From Thermodesulfobacteriota bacterium (GTDB lineage: Bacteria; Desulfobacterota; Desulfarculia; JACQYL01), in NCBI GenBank assembly GCA_963675595.2, contig CAXXLZ010000001.1, positions 960,001-1,024,000 on the forward strand: a stretch of DNA of 64,000 nucleotides, in the 5' to 3' direction. Each line of letters opens with the position of its first letter. Position 1 is the stretch's first letter. A program made the position numbers and the translations under genes. Positions 9,097-17,675 of this stretch are shown here, piece after piece. The notes under the pieces are model-generated. The model was not told where the DNA came from and made no database searches. It worked only from the letters and a program-made list of their open reading frames with translations.

Positions 9097-10046
9097 GCGT
9101 CATCCTCGGGCGTGACCGTGATCTTTCCCAGACCGAAACTGGTGGCCTTACCCAGATGCACGGTCTCACAGTATTTGAGGAGGGGCAGAAATTCTCCGAC
9201 GGCCCCCTCGTAAGTTATGGTTCCGATCATGCCTCCCATAAGCATGGCCTGTTCTTGGCGATTGGAATATCGTCGCCAATCGAACCATCGTAGCTGTTGT
9301 GAAGCCGGTCTCACTGCTTGCGCCCGTGCCACCAGGCCCCGGTAATCTATGTCGGGCTCCCCGTTTCCGAAATGCCGGTTGAGGGCGGCCAGCCGACGGA
9401 GGGCCGCACGAATCAGGACATGGAAAGGAAGCTCCGCCTGCAATCGGTTTTGGAACTTGAGTCTCAGCGGCGTATCCAAGGACAAGCGAACGCGATTTGG
9501 ACTTTTCAATTTCGTGGAAAAGTCGGCCAGGGCAATATCCGGTGGGGCTTGGGTTTCGAGCCGTCTTTCTTCTCCGTTGTAGGATGAACCATGATCCGAC
9601 GTCATGGAGTCGATGCGAAATGAGGCCCTTTTACCCTCATGCTTCTTTCCAATGCCCAGTGACCCCATTTGTTCCAGGGCGTAGACAAAGTAGGGGAGAG
9701 AATCGTTGGCGTATCCGAACAGGAGCAATCGAAAGTCGAAACTGCTTCCTTTCGGATGAACCGTCCGGGACGACAAGGGGGGTTCGATGACGAACGGGTG
9801 TGGAGGGGAAGGTGAAGCAGTAGTAGGCCGGTCCCCATGATTCCAGCCTGCGGAGTCTTCGAAGACTCTTGCATAGATGCATTGTTCGCGGAGAAGGCAG
9901 TCCGGACATTCCTGTCGTTTCAGCGCGCAGACCACCCGTTTCAGGGCGACTCCGAATACGCCTCGAAAAGTGGATCCTTTGAAAGGGGGTAGGTAGGCGT
10001 CATCCTCGAAAACCGAATGAAAATGATAACGGCCGAATCTCATCAT
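9093..10046 (-). CDS. cas6: crRNA-processing endoribonuclease Cas6
   Basis: GSTFRGVFG, CxxCxxxxxC, PHPFVIEP, WRRYSNRQ and the C-terminal Gly loop HLGKATSFGLG. Confidence 0.95.
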   Translation of the reverse strand: MMRFGRYHFHSVFEDDAYLPPFKGSTFRGVFGVALKRVVCALKRQECPDCLLREQCIYARVFEDSAGWNHGDRPTTASPSPPHPFVIEPPLSSRTVHPKGSSFDFRLLLFGYANDSLPYFVYALEQMGSLGIGKKHEGKRASFRIDSMTSDHGSSYNGEERRLETQAPPDIALADFSTKLKSPNRVRLSLDTPLRLKFQNRLQAELPFHVLIRAALRRLAALNRHFGNGEPDIDYRGLVARAQAVRPASQQLRWFDWRRYSNRQEQAMLMGGMIGTITYEGAVGEFLPLLKYCETVHLGKATSFGLGKITVTPEDDA

Positions 10047-10082
10047 AGAGCTCCCTGCGTTGGATTACATTCCGGAATTCGG

Positions 10083-10128
10083 ATTAAATACCGCCGTGCT
10101 CCGGCAAACAAGCGCGGCAACGTTGCCG
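10083..10128 (-). promoter_or_regulatory. Predicted cas6 promoter with the same palindromic operator
   Basis: On the minus strand: CGGCAACGTTGCCG (10115-10128), 3 nt, TTGTTT (10106-10111), 17 nt, TTTAAT (10083-10088). Confidence 0.65.
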
Positions 10129-11100
10129 TGCGAATCGAATCGTGGTGCGGATGCGGAGCAGGGGCTATCGGTGCATTGTTTTCAGGAAGCGACAGCCTTT
10201 CATGAGCTTGATACGCGTACAGGAGCGAGGGGCGTTTTCATCCGAGACGACCCGCCCGAGTCAAGATTATTCAATAATCTTTATTTCTTAGGCTGTTTTC
10301 AGCGATGTGTCTATAGGGAGTTCCCGTCATTTTTGCAGATTAGCGGCCTGTGACGATCTTGGTTTGGTTCTTAAGCTTGACTTCAGGACAGGCAGTGGTA
10401 GGCTGAAATCGTTTAAAATCCGGCGAATCGGATGATCATCCGACCATGTTCCGAAAATTTCTTTCAATGTTCGAATCCGTCCAGACCCGAGGGGCCCCGA
10501 AGACCCAGGGCGGTTTTTTTCCGCCGCGGGCAATTGCGCGCGATTTTTTGATGGAAATCACCATGAGTAAGAAGGAGACTTTGAACGGAGAAACCATTAT
10601 CGGCGCCACCGCCGGCTTCGACTGCGACGAAGCGTCCTGAGAGTTCGAAGCCACAGGTGGCAGGGTCGAAATGGTGGAAACCGTCTTTGTCGAAGGCTTC
10701 GAAGAAGCCTGAAAGGCGGCCTTGCCGGGGTGGTCCCGGCCGGCTCTTCAAACAGATCGATTGTTAGCTCTCGGGGTATGAAAGCATGGCGCAACGCAAG
10801 AGGCGAAGGAACCGGCGCTTGATCAATGCGCAACAGAACCAGGAATAGAACCATTTGAATTATCAAGGAACATATCAATAACATCAAATTCGGTAAAATG
10901 GGGATGTTGGTGCCGTTGTGTGCACAATTACCGGGAATTACACAGAAAATTTGGTACAATAGAGCAGGGCGAGATATGGTTTCGAAAAACTTACTATTGG
11001 TCATGTTTAAGAAAGGAGCGAGCTTCGAAAAGGCCGTCACGTAATGCTTAAGAGGTCCGAGTGTGCCTCCCATGTGCCCACGGGAAAGGAGAACGATTGA

Positions 11101-11384
11101 ATGGGCGGTCTTTACAAACGTGGAAGCGTCTGGCGGCCAAATACAATCACAACGACAAACCGGAATCTCTGCCGGGGCGGGGTGAACGAACGATCGCAAT
11201 GGCCGTAACGGGGCACAAGACCCGGGCCGTTTTCGACCGATACAACATCGTCAGCGAGTCGGATTTGAGAATGGCGACGGAACGGCGGGCCGCATACCTG
11301 GAGGCACAGAGCGGGCGGTTGGGCGCAGTATCGGGCACAACGGCCTTGAAAAACAAAAGGGAAGCTGCGGAAGCGTCAAGATGA
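11101..11384 (+). pseudogene. Internally deleted tyrosine integrase remnant
   Basis: RBS AAGGAG then [11 protein letters not shown], a typical integrase arm-binding start. After a frame change comes the catalytic tail [23 protein letters not shown]. It ends 23 bp from the tRNA 3' end. Confidence 0.8.
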
Positions 11385-11407
11385 CTCCGCCAACTTCCCG
11401 AAATGAT

Positions 11408-11505
11408 TGGCGGAAGTGCATGGGAATCGAACCCACCGAGGACGCTGCTCACGCCCTCCACCGGATTTGAAGTCCGGGAGCCCCACCAGCGGGCTATCCA
11501 CTTCC
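11408..11505 (-). tRNA. selC: tRNA-Sec (anticodon UCA)
   Basis: GGAAGTGG...CCGGA-CTTCAAA-TCCGG, long variable arm GAGGGCGT...GCGTCCTC, GTGGGTTCGATTCCCAT, GCACTTCC-GCCA. Confidence 0.97.
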
Positions 11506-11552
11506 ATATTCAAGGCGGTTCGGACGCATCGGCATTGCCGATGCAATTCTTA

Positions 11553-11582
11553 AGTATAAACATCCAACAGTGAATGTGTCAA
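11553..11582 (-). promoter_or_regulatory. sigma70 promoter of selC
   Basis: TTGACA-18 nt-TATACT, about 45 nt upstream of the tRNA. Confidence 0.7.
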
Positions 11583-11643
11583 GCGCAAGGCGTCGGCTTT
11601 GCCGGAAGCCGGCATAGCCGATCCGTATTGCTTTCGTGCGGAA

Positions 11644-12834
11644 TTAGTAGAGAAACATGGGTTTCCCGCTCACATGTCGTACTTTGGGACGATACTGCTC
11701 AATGTCGTAGAGCTCCCTCACGTCCACCCGTTTCTGACCCGTGGTGATGGTGGTCATGGGGACGTCTCCGTACTGCCCGTTTCGCAGCACCACCAGTCTG
11801 CCGGTGGATTCCTTGCGAATCAGGTCCACGGCCATATTGGCGTAGTTCACCGCCACCATCATGTCCAAAGAATCGGGCGAGCCGCTTCTCATGAGGTAGA
11901 ACAGCGGCTGGAAAATGATGTCGACACCCGTGAGTTTTCGAATGGCTTCTCCGGTAACGGCCCCGATGCCCCCCAGCTTGCGATGCCCGTAAGGATCCTC
12001 CTCGCCTCTGAGGACCATGCTTCCGCCTTCCATTTTCGCGCCCTCGCTGATGGTCATCATGGCGTAGTTGCTGGGATTTCTGCTTCGGTCGTCCACAAGA
12101 AAGGCGGCGAGCTTCTCGATATCGAAAGGCACTTCCGAGATGACGGCACGGTCCACCCAGGCCAGATACGCAGTCACCAGGGAAGTCTCTCCGCAGTACC
12201 GTCCGAATAACTCGACCACCGCGATCCGTTCGTGGGAACCGGTGGAGGTGCGAAGTTGATGAATGAATTGGACACTTCGCGTGACCGCGGTGGAGAAACC
12301 GATACAATAGTCCGTACCGTAAACGTCGTTGTCCATGGTCTTGGGGATGGCGACCACGGGAAATCCCTCTCGGTGCAAACGCTCACCGAAGGAGAGCGTG
12401 TCGTCGCCTCCAATGGGAACAACCACGTCCACGCCCAGCTTCTCCAAATTGGACAAGACGTGTGCGGTGAAGTCCGTCTTCTCCTTGGTCATGTCTTGTT
12501 TGTCCCGCAGGAATTCCGGACAGTCCTTGGTGCGGACGCCGCTGGGATTGGTTCTCGAGGTGTGGAGAAAGGTGCCTCCCGTTCGGTCGATGGTCCTGAC
12601 GGTTGCCTTGTCCAACTCGATGACGTTTTGATCCCTGCTTTCCGGATCGTCCGGGTTGTACTCCAGCAGGCCCGCCCATCCCTTCTTGATGCCGATGACC
12701 CTCAGATCGTGATCCATGGCGCTGTAAACGAGGGCCTTGATGCATGGATTGAGCCCCGGGACGTCACCTCCGCCGGTGAGCACTGCAATGGTTTGCTTCT
12801 TCCGACTAGTCAAGGCGATTTCCTTTCCTGTCAA
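11644..12834 (-). CDS. pfkA: 6-phosphofructokinase (group III, probably PPi-dependent)
   Basis: [15 protein letters not shown] and PKTMDND; the Asp/Lys pair is the signature associated with PPi use. Confidence 0.9.
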   Translation of the reverse strand: MTGKEIALTSRKKQTIAVLTGGGDVPGLNPCIKALVYSAMDHDLRVIGIKKGWAGLLEYNPDDPESRDQNVIELDKATVRTIDRTGGTFLHTSRTNPSGVRTKDCPEFLRDKQDMTKEKTDFTAHVLSNLEKLGVDVVVPIGGDDTLSFGERLHREGFPVVAIPKTMDNDVYGTDYCIGFSTAVTRSVQFIHQLRTSTGSHERIAVVELFGRYCGETSLVTAYLAWVDRAVISEVPFDIEKLAAFLVDDRSRNPSNYAMMTISEGAKMEGGSMVLRGEEDPYGHRKLGGIGAVTGEAIRKLTGVDIIFQPLFYLMRSGSPDSLDMMVAVNYANMAVDLIRKESTGRLVVLRNGQYGDVPMTTITTGQKRVDVRELYDIEQYRPKVRHVSGKPMFLY

Positions 12835-12966
12835 TAGGTCGATCCTGGCGGGGACGTCCGGCCGATGCGGCCGTTCGCGCCCGACGACACATCCACGGCA
12901 ACGCCGACTTGCAGACCCTATCGTGTCCGATTCATCGGTGGTCCGCAGCTTTCGGAACGGCGGAGG

Positions 12967-14160
12967 CTAGTTCTTGCTCATCAAGTGGGCCACCATCTTT
13001 TCCAGACCGTCCAGAGAGAGTTCGAACATGGGAATGAGCTCTCGGATGATGAGGATCGTCCGCGTATATTCCCACTGAGGTGCGGGCACGGGATTGAGCC
13101 AAACACAGCGGCCGAAGGTCGAGGTCAGGAACTTCAGCCGTTCGATGCTGGGTTGGGTGCTTCTTTCTTCCACGTGGATGGATCCGTCCGTGGCCATAAG
13201 CTCGTAAGGCGCCATGCTGGCGTCTCCGAGAATGATCATTCTTGAATCGGGGTCCTTGCCGCTGAATTCCTCCACACGGAAGGGTCTGATTCTCCGGGGA
13301 GGATCCTCCCACACGGCGTCGTAGATTGTGTTATGAAAATAATAAGTCTTGATGTCCTTGAATTGGGATCGGGCATAGTTGAACAGGGTTTGGACGATGT
13401 CCACGTAGGGATCCATGGACCATCCTCCATTGTCGATCAACAGGATGATCTTCAAGCGATCTCGGAGGCTCCGGTCGAAAACGATGTCGATTTCGCCTGC
13501 GTTTTTCATGGTGGATCGGATGGTCTCATCCAGGTTCAATCGATCCCTGGGGCCGACGGCCGTCATGTATCGGAGGCGTTTGAGGGCTTCGCCCATTTGA
13601 GATTGGGTGAGGGGACCGTCCTGGGAATAGTCGCGATACCGCCGGTCCATGGCCACTTTCACCGCGGATTTGTTGCGGGAGACGCCTCCGATGCGCATGC
13701 CTCCCGGGTTGTGACCCGAATGTCCCACGGGGGAAAATCCGCCCGTTCCGATCCAACGCCAGCCTCCGTGGTGGGCTCCGTCCTGATCCTTGAGCCGTTC
13801 CAGGAAGTACTCGATCAGCTCTTCCGGACTGAGCTGAAGGAGGTCGTTCTCGTCGACTCCGAGCAGATCGGCCAGTTCCTTGGGATCCTTGAGCCACTCA
13901 TCCAACAGCGCGCGTACGGTTTCTTCCAGCTCGACGGCGGTCAGGTCGGGCAGTTCCACGCCGTGAAAGTGGTGAGAAAAGATCCGGTCGTACAAATCGA
14001 AAAACCGTTCGCTCTTGATGAGTATGGAGCGGGCCCCGATGTACAGGTCTTCGAGACTCATGATGAGCCCGCCCCTCATGGCGCTCTGCAGGCGAAGAAA
14101 GGAGGTGGGCGAGACCGGGATGCCTCCCTCTTTCAGTAGGTAAAAGAATTCAACAAACAT
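12967..14160 (-). CDS. VWA/CoxE-like protein, partner of the MoxR ATPase
   Basis: Likely start MFVEFFY at 14160; WIGTGGFSPVGHSG, DNGGWSMDP (MIDAS-like), YFHN and GDASMAPYEL. Confidence 0.88.
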   Translation of the reverse strand: MFVEFFYLLKEGGIPVSPTSFLRLQSAMRGGLIMSLEDLYIGARSILIKSERFFDLYDRIFSHHFHGVELPDLTAVELEETVRALLDEWLKDPKELADLLGVDENDLLQLSPEELIEYFLERLKDQDGAHHGGWRWIGTGGFSPVGHSGHNPGGMRIGGVSRNKSAVKVAMDRRYRDYSQDGPLTQSQMGEALKRLRYMTAVGPRDRLNLDETIRSTMKNAGEIDIVFDRSLRDRLKIILLIDNGGWSMDPYVDIVQTLFNYARSQFKDIKTYYFHNTIYDAVWEDPPRRIRPFRVEEFSGKDPDSRMIILGDASMAPYELMATDGSIHVEERSTQPSIERLKFLTSTFGRCVWLNPVPAPQWEYTRTILIIRELIPMFELSLDGLEKMVAHLMSKN

Positions 14161-14180
14161 GTCGTGTCGTCTCAGTCTTC

Positions 14181-15023
14181 CTACAAGCGAAACCTCTTGA
14201 GCTGCTTTTCCGCCTGCTGATAGTCGGGGCTTTTCTTGAACAATACGCCCAGGTATGGAATCTTCCCTCGGACCAACTCCTTGTGGTCGAAGTCCGGATC
14301 GGCCAACAACGCCCGTATCCAGTTGATCAGTTCGCGGGTGGCCGGCTTCTTCTCCACTCCGGGCATCTCCCTGAGGAGGTAGAAACACTGCACGCAGGCA
14401 TCCATCATGTCCTGCGCCAGGTTCGGGAAGTGCACGAGCACGATGCTCCGCATCATTTCCGGCTCGGGGAAGGCGATGTGGTGAAAGTTGCATCTTCCCA
14501 AGAACGGATCCGAGAGGTCCTTCTTCGCGTTGGAGGTAATGATCACCACCGGACGATTGATGGCCTTCAACGTACGGTCGATTTCAATGATATCGAAGGT
14601 CATCTGGTCCAAAACGTCCAGCATGTCGTCCTGGAAATCCGTGTCCGCCTTATCGATTTCGTCGATGAGCAGCACCACGCGCCGGTCGGCCGTGAATGCC
14701 TGTCCGATCTTTCCCATGCGGATATAGTCTTCGATGTTGCTCACGTTGCGTTCCGAGTCTCCGAAACGACTGTCGTTCAGGCGGGTGAGCGTGTCGTACT
14801 GGTACAGACAGTCCACCAATTTCATGCTGGATTTAACGTTCAGTACGATAAGCGGCATATTCAGGTTTTCGGCAATGGCATAAGCCAGCATGGTCTTCCC
14901 GGTTCCGGGCTCTCCCTTGAGAAGGAGAGGCATCTCGAGAGCCATGGAGATGTTGACGATCTTAGCCAACTCGTTGTCCAATACATACCGGCTCGCGCCG
15001 GTGAATCTAGCGTGGTCGTTCAT
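14181..15023 (-). CDS. MoxR-family AAA+ ATPase
   Basis: Walker A GEPGTGKT, Walker B LLIDEIDKAD, ITSN. Confidence 0.92.
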   Translation of the reverse strand: MNDHARFTGASRYVLDNELAKIVNISMALEMPLLLKGEPGTGKTMLAYAIAENLNMPLIVLNVKSSMKLVDCLYQYDTLTRLNDSRFGDSERNVSNIEDYIRMGKIGQAFTADRRVVLLIDEIDKADTDFQDDMLDVLDQMTFDIIEIDRTLKAINRPVVIITSNAKKDLSDPFLGRCNFHHIAFPEPEMMRSIVLVHFPNLAQDMMDACVQCFYLLREMPGVEKKPATRELINWIRALLADPDFDHKELVRGKIPYLGVLFKKSPDYQQAEKQLKRFRL

Positions 15024-15265
15024 GAATTCCGCAACTCCTTGTGATCCTTGACTGGAAAAAGCGGCGCAGAGCCGATGGTATCGATATTCGGAACGGTTCG
15101 CCGAGCGGGTTACTCAAGGGACTATAACCCATTCTAAGAAGCCGGCTCAAGGGCTAGTCGGACGATCCATCCGAACGGAGCCATAATTTCACCTTCCCGG
15201 TTTGGTGAAGGAAGCGTGGGATCTTGAAGCCGGACCGCGTTTCACCCGTGTCGTGATTTCGCCAT

Positions 15266-17245
15266 CTAGTCCTCCATCTTCTTCTCCGCTTCCTCAAGGG
15301 CGGCCTGTTTCGTTTCCCAGCGCGCCATGAGGCGGGCGATATCCTCTTTGATCTCCCCGAATTCGGTCACCAGGGGCATGCTCACATCGGCTTGCTTGAA
15401 GACGTTTTCATCGCAGAGGAGTGTGGAAATCTCCTCCTGCCGTTTCTCGAGTGATTGGATACGGGCCTCCAATTTCTCAATCTCTTTGCGCATCGGTCCC
15501 AGGAGCTTGCTCTTCTTCTGTCTGAGCAGGGCTTCCTCTCGCTTTCTGGCCTGCCTGTCCTCCTTGGTTCCGCCGGATTTCTCCTTTTGCGTTCGGTCGA
15601 CTTCGGGCGTTTGGGAGTTCTCGCTTTCCCGTGCTTCCAGTTCGGCAAGGTGTTGGTAGTACTCCTCGAGGCTGCCCGGGTAGTCTTGGGCGCGGGTGCC
15701 GGAAAGGTCCAGAATCCGTGTTGCCAGACGGTTCACAAAAGACTGGTTGTGAGACACGAATACCAGGGTCCCTTCGAATTGTTCCAGGGCTTGAATGAGA
15801 GCCTCGGACGAGAACAGGTCCAGGTGATTGGTGGGCTCGTCCATAAGCATCACGTTGCCGGGGGATACGAGAAGCTTGGCGAGAGCGACCCTGGCACGTT
15901 CTCCTCCCGAGAGCACGCCCACCGGCTTGTCGACGGAGTCGTCCGAGAACAGGAAGGCTCCGCAGACCCCTCGGATGAAGGATTGAGACGCCATGGGCGC
16001 TTCGGTGTAGACTTCCTCGATCACGGTCCTCGAATCGCTCAACGTTTCCGACTGATGCTGAGCGTAGTACCTCAGGGTTACGTTATGCCCGAGGGTCACG
16101 GAACCGCTGTCCTGTTTGAGTTCTCGAGCCATGATCTTGAGGAGTGTGGTCTTGCCGCAGCCGTTGGGTCCGACCACCGCTACCCGGTCGCCTCGCAGGA
16201 CGCTCAGGTCCAGGTCTTCGAAGACCTGGTGGTTTCCGAAAGCCTTGCTCACTCCTTCGAGAGTCATGGCCACCCGGCCCGAAGGGTCCACCGCCGGAAA
16301 AGAGAACCTGACTTTCTTCTGCGGCTTGTAAGTGGCGACCAGCTCGAGTTTCTCGAGCATCTTGATCTTGCTTTGGGCTTGGCGGGCCTTGGTGCTTTTG
16401 TATTTGAACCGGTCGATGAATTTCTGAGCGTCTTTGACTTTCTGCTCCATGTTGCGGGCCCGGTTTTCGAGAACGCGCCGCTCGACCTCCCGCGCCTCCA
16501 GATAGGTATCATAATTACCTGAATAGGCCCGGAAGCCTTCGGGCTCGAAACTCATGACCCTCCGAACATGCCTGTTGAGGAAATGGCGGTCGTGACAGAT
16601 AAGGACCAGGGAGTGATGCCATTTTTCGAGAAACGTGCTGAGCCAGTGCACCGAGGGGAGGTCCAAATGGTTGGTGGGTTCATCCAGGAGGAGCAGGTCG
16701 GGTTTCTGGAACAACAGGCCGGCCAAAGCCACCCTCATCCGCCAACCACCGCTGAGTTGACTCACGGGTCGTTCCATGCCGGCGGCGTCGAAACCGAGCC
16801 CCCCAAGAATCTTGCGAGCCTCGTAAGGCGAATACTGGACCTCGAAGTTGGCCAGTTCTTCGTGGAGATCGGCGATGCGAACCGCCAGGTCACTTTGAAG
16901 CTTCGGGTCCGTGGAAGAGTCCAGGGACCTTTCCAAGTCGAAAAGCAGACCTTCCTTTTCCGCTTTTCCGGGTATGCTGCTCAACACGGAGTCGATCACC
17001 GTGTTTCCGTGCAATACCGAAACGTCCTGTGGGAGGTAGCCCACGCGCACTCCGCCGGTGACCTGCACTTCTCCCGAGTCGGGTCTGGTCTCCCCCGCGA
17101 GAATTCGCATCAACGTGGTCTTTCCGGCGCCGTTGGGACCGATGAGGCCCACGTTGTCTCGTTCCCCTATTTGAAGATTGAGCCCGTCCAGAATCGATCT
17201 CCCGCCGAAGGACAGGCTCAAATTTACAACCGTGATAAGGCTCAT
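15266..17245 (-). CDS. ABC-F family ATP-binding protein (YheS/Uup-like)
   Basis: Two ABC domains (GPNGAGKT/LSGG/DEPTNHLD twice), no transmembrane segment, C-terminal coiled coil. Confidence 0.95.
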   Translation of the reverse strand: MSLITVVNLSLSFGGRSILDGLNLQIGERDNVGLIGPNGAGKTTLMRILAGETRPDSGEVQVTGGVRVGYLPQDVSVLHGNTVIDSVLSSIPGKAEKEGLLFDLERSLDSSTDPKLQSDLAVRIADLHEELANFEVQYSPYEARKILGGLGFDAAGMERPVSQLSGGWRMRVALAGLLFQKPDLLLLDEPTNHLDLPSVHWLSTFLEKWHHSLVLICHDRHFLNRHVRRVMSFEPEGFRAYSGNYDTYLEAREVERRVLENRARNMEQKVKDAQKFIDRFKYKSTKARQAQSKIKMLEKLELVATYKPQKKVRFSFPAVDPSGRVAMTLEGVSKAFGNHQVFEDLDLSVLRGDRVAVVGPNGCGKTTLLKIMARELKQDSGSVTLGHNVTLRYYAQHQSETLSDSRTVIEEVYTEAPMASQSFIRGVCGAFLFSDDSVDKPVGVLSGGERARVALAKLLVSPGNVMLMDEPTNHLDLFSSEALIQALEQFEGTLVFVSHNQSFVNRLATRILDLSGTRAQDYPGSLEEYYQHLAELEARESENSQTPEVDRTQKEKSGGTKEDRQARKREEALLRQKKSKLLGPMRKEIEKLEARIQSLEKRQEEISTLLCDENVFKQADVSMPLVTEFGEIKEDIARLMARWETKQAALEEAEKKMED

Positions 17246-17264
17246 GGCGAATACTTGTTTCCGT

Positions 17265-17510
17265 CTAACGATAGATAAAGGTGAGTATCAGTACCCAGGC
17301 CATGGCAATGCCGAGCAGCACGTTCAAAGCAAGGGCGGTCCAATGTTCCAGACTCATGTAATATCCAATAAACATGACATTTACCAGAAGGAGCTGGCCG
17401 TAGGTCCATCTTGAGATGTCCTTGGCGCTTTTCAATTGATAGATTCTGACGATTTGCGGGACCATGCTTGAGATCATAATGATCAGCCCCACGCCGGCCA
17501 GCCATTCCAT
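17265..17510 (-). CDS. SemiSWEET/PQ-loop small membrane transporter
   Basis: 81 aa, three hydrophobic segments, motif PQIVRIYQLKSAKDIS. Confidence 0.85.
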   Translation of the reverse strand: MEWLAGVGLIIMISSMVPQIVRIYQLKSAKDISRWTYGQLLLVNVMFIGYYMSLEHWTALALNVLLGIAMAWVLILTFIYR

Positions 17511-17612
17511 AACGGATCAACCTTTCTTCATCTGTTGGGTTCAAATACTCATGGTGGTGAAGCTGGAGACGCTCCCGCCCCAAAAAAACGGGGAGCCGGA
17601 GATTTCAATTAC

Positions 17613-17650
17613 AAAAGCCCGGCCCGGAACGGATTCCGTCCGGGCCGGGC
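17613..17650 (-). terminator. Intrinsic terminator after the acyl-CoA dehydrogenase operon
   Basis: 12-bp stem GCCCGGCCCGGA/TCCGGGCCGGGC followed by TTTT on the minus strand. Confidence 0.75.
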
Positions 17651-17675
17651 ACGTTCGGATGAACCTCCGAAAGGC

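Noticed and set aside
10469-10504. GTTCGAATCC...GAAGAC as a CRISPR repeat or tRNA fragment
   Set aside because: Single copy, with no second repeat at spacer distance and no cloverleaf.
11408-11505. G:G mismatch at the base of the tRNA-Sec acceptor stem as a sign of a non-functional or novel tRNA
   Set aside because: All other arms, the anticodon, CCA and the promoter are intact; one mismatch at the stem base is too weak as evidence.
11526-11544. Palindrome GCATCGGCATTGCCGATGC as a third cas operator
   Set aside because: It shares only the CGGCA/TGCCG half-sites with different spacing and lies in the selC leader downstream of the -10; more likely an RNA hairpin.
14161-14493. N-terminal extension of the VWA ORF (likewise the long starts given for csm5, acd, nfnA, the FmdB-like gene and the hybrid kinase)
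   Set aside because: These overlap upstream genes or UTRs; better starts with an RBS or family-typical N-termini lie downstream.
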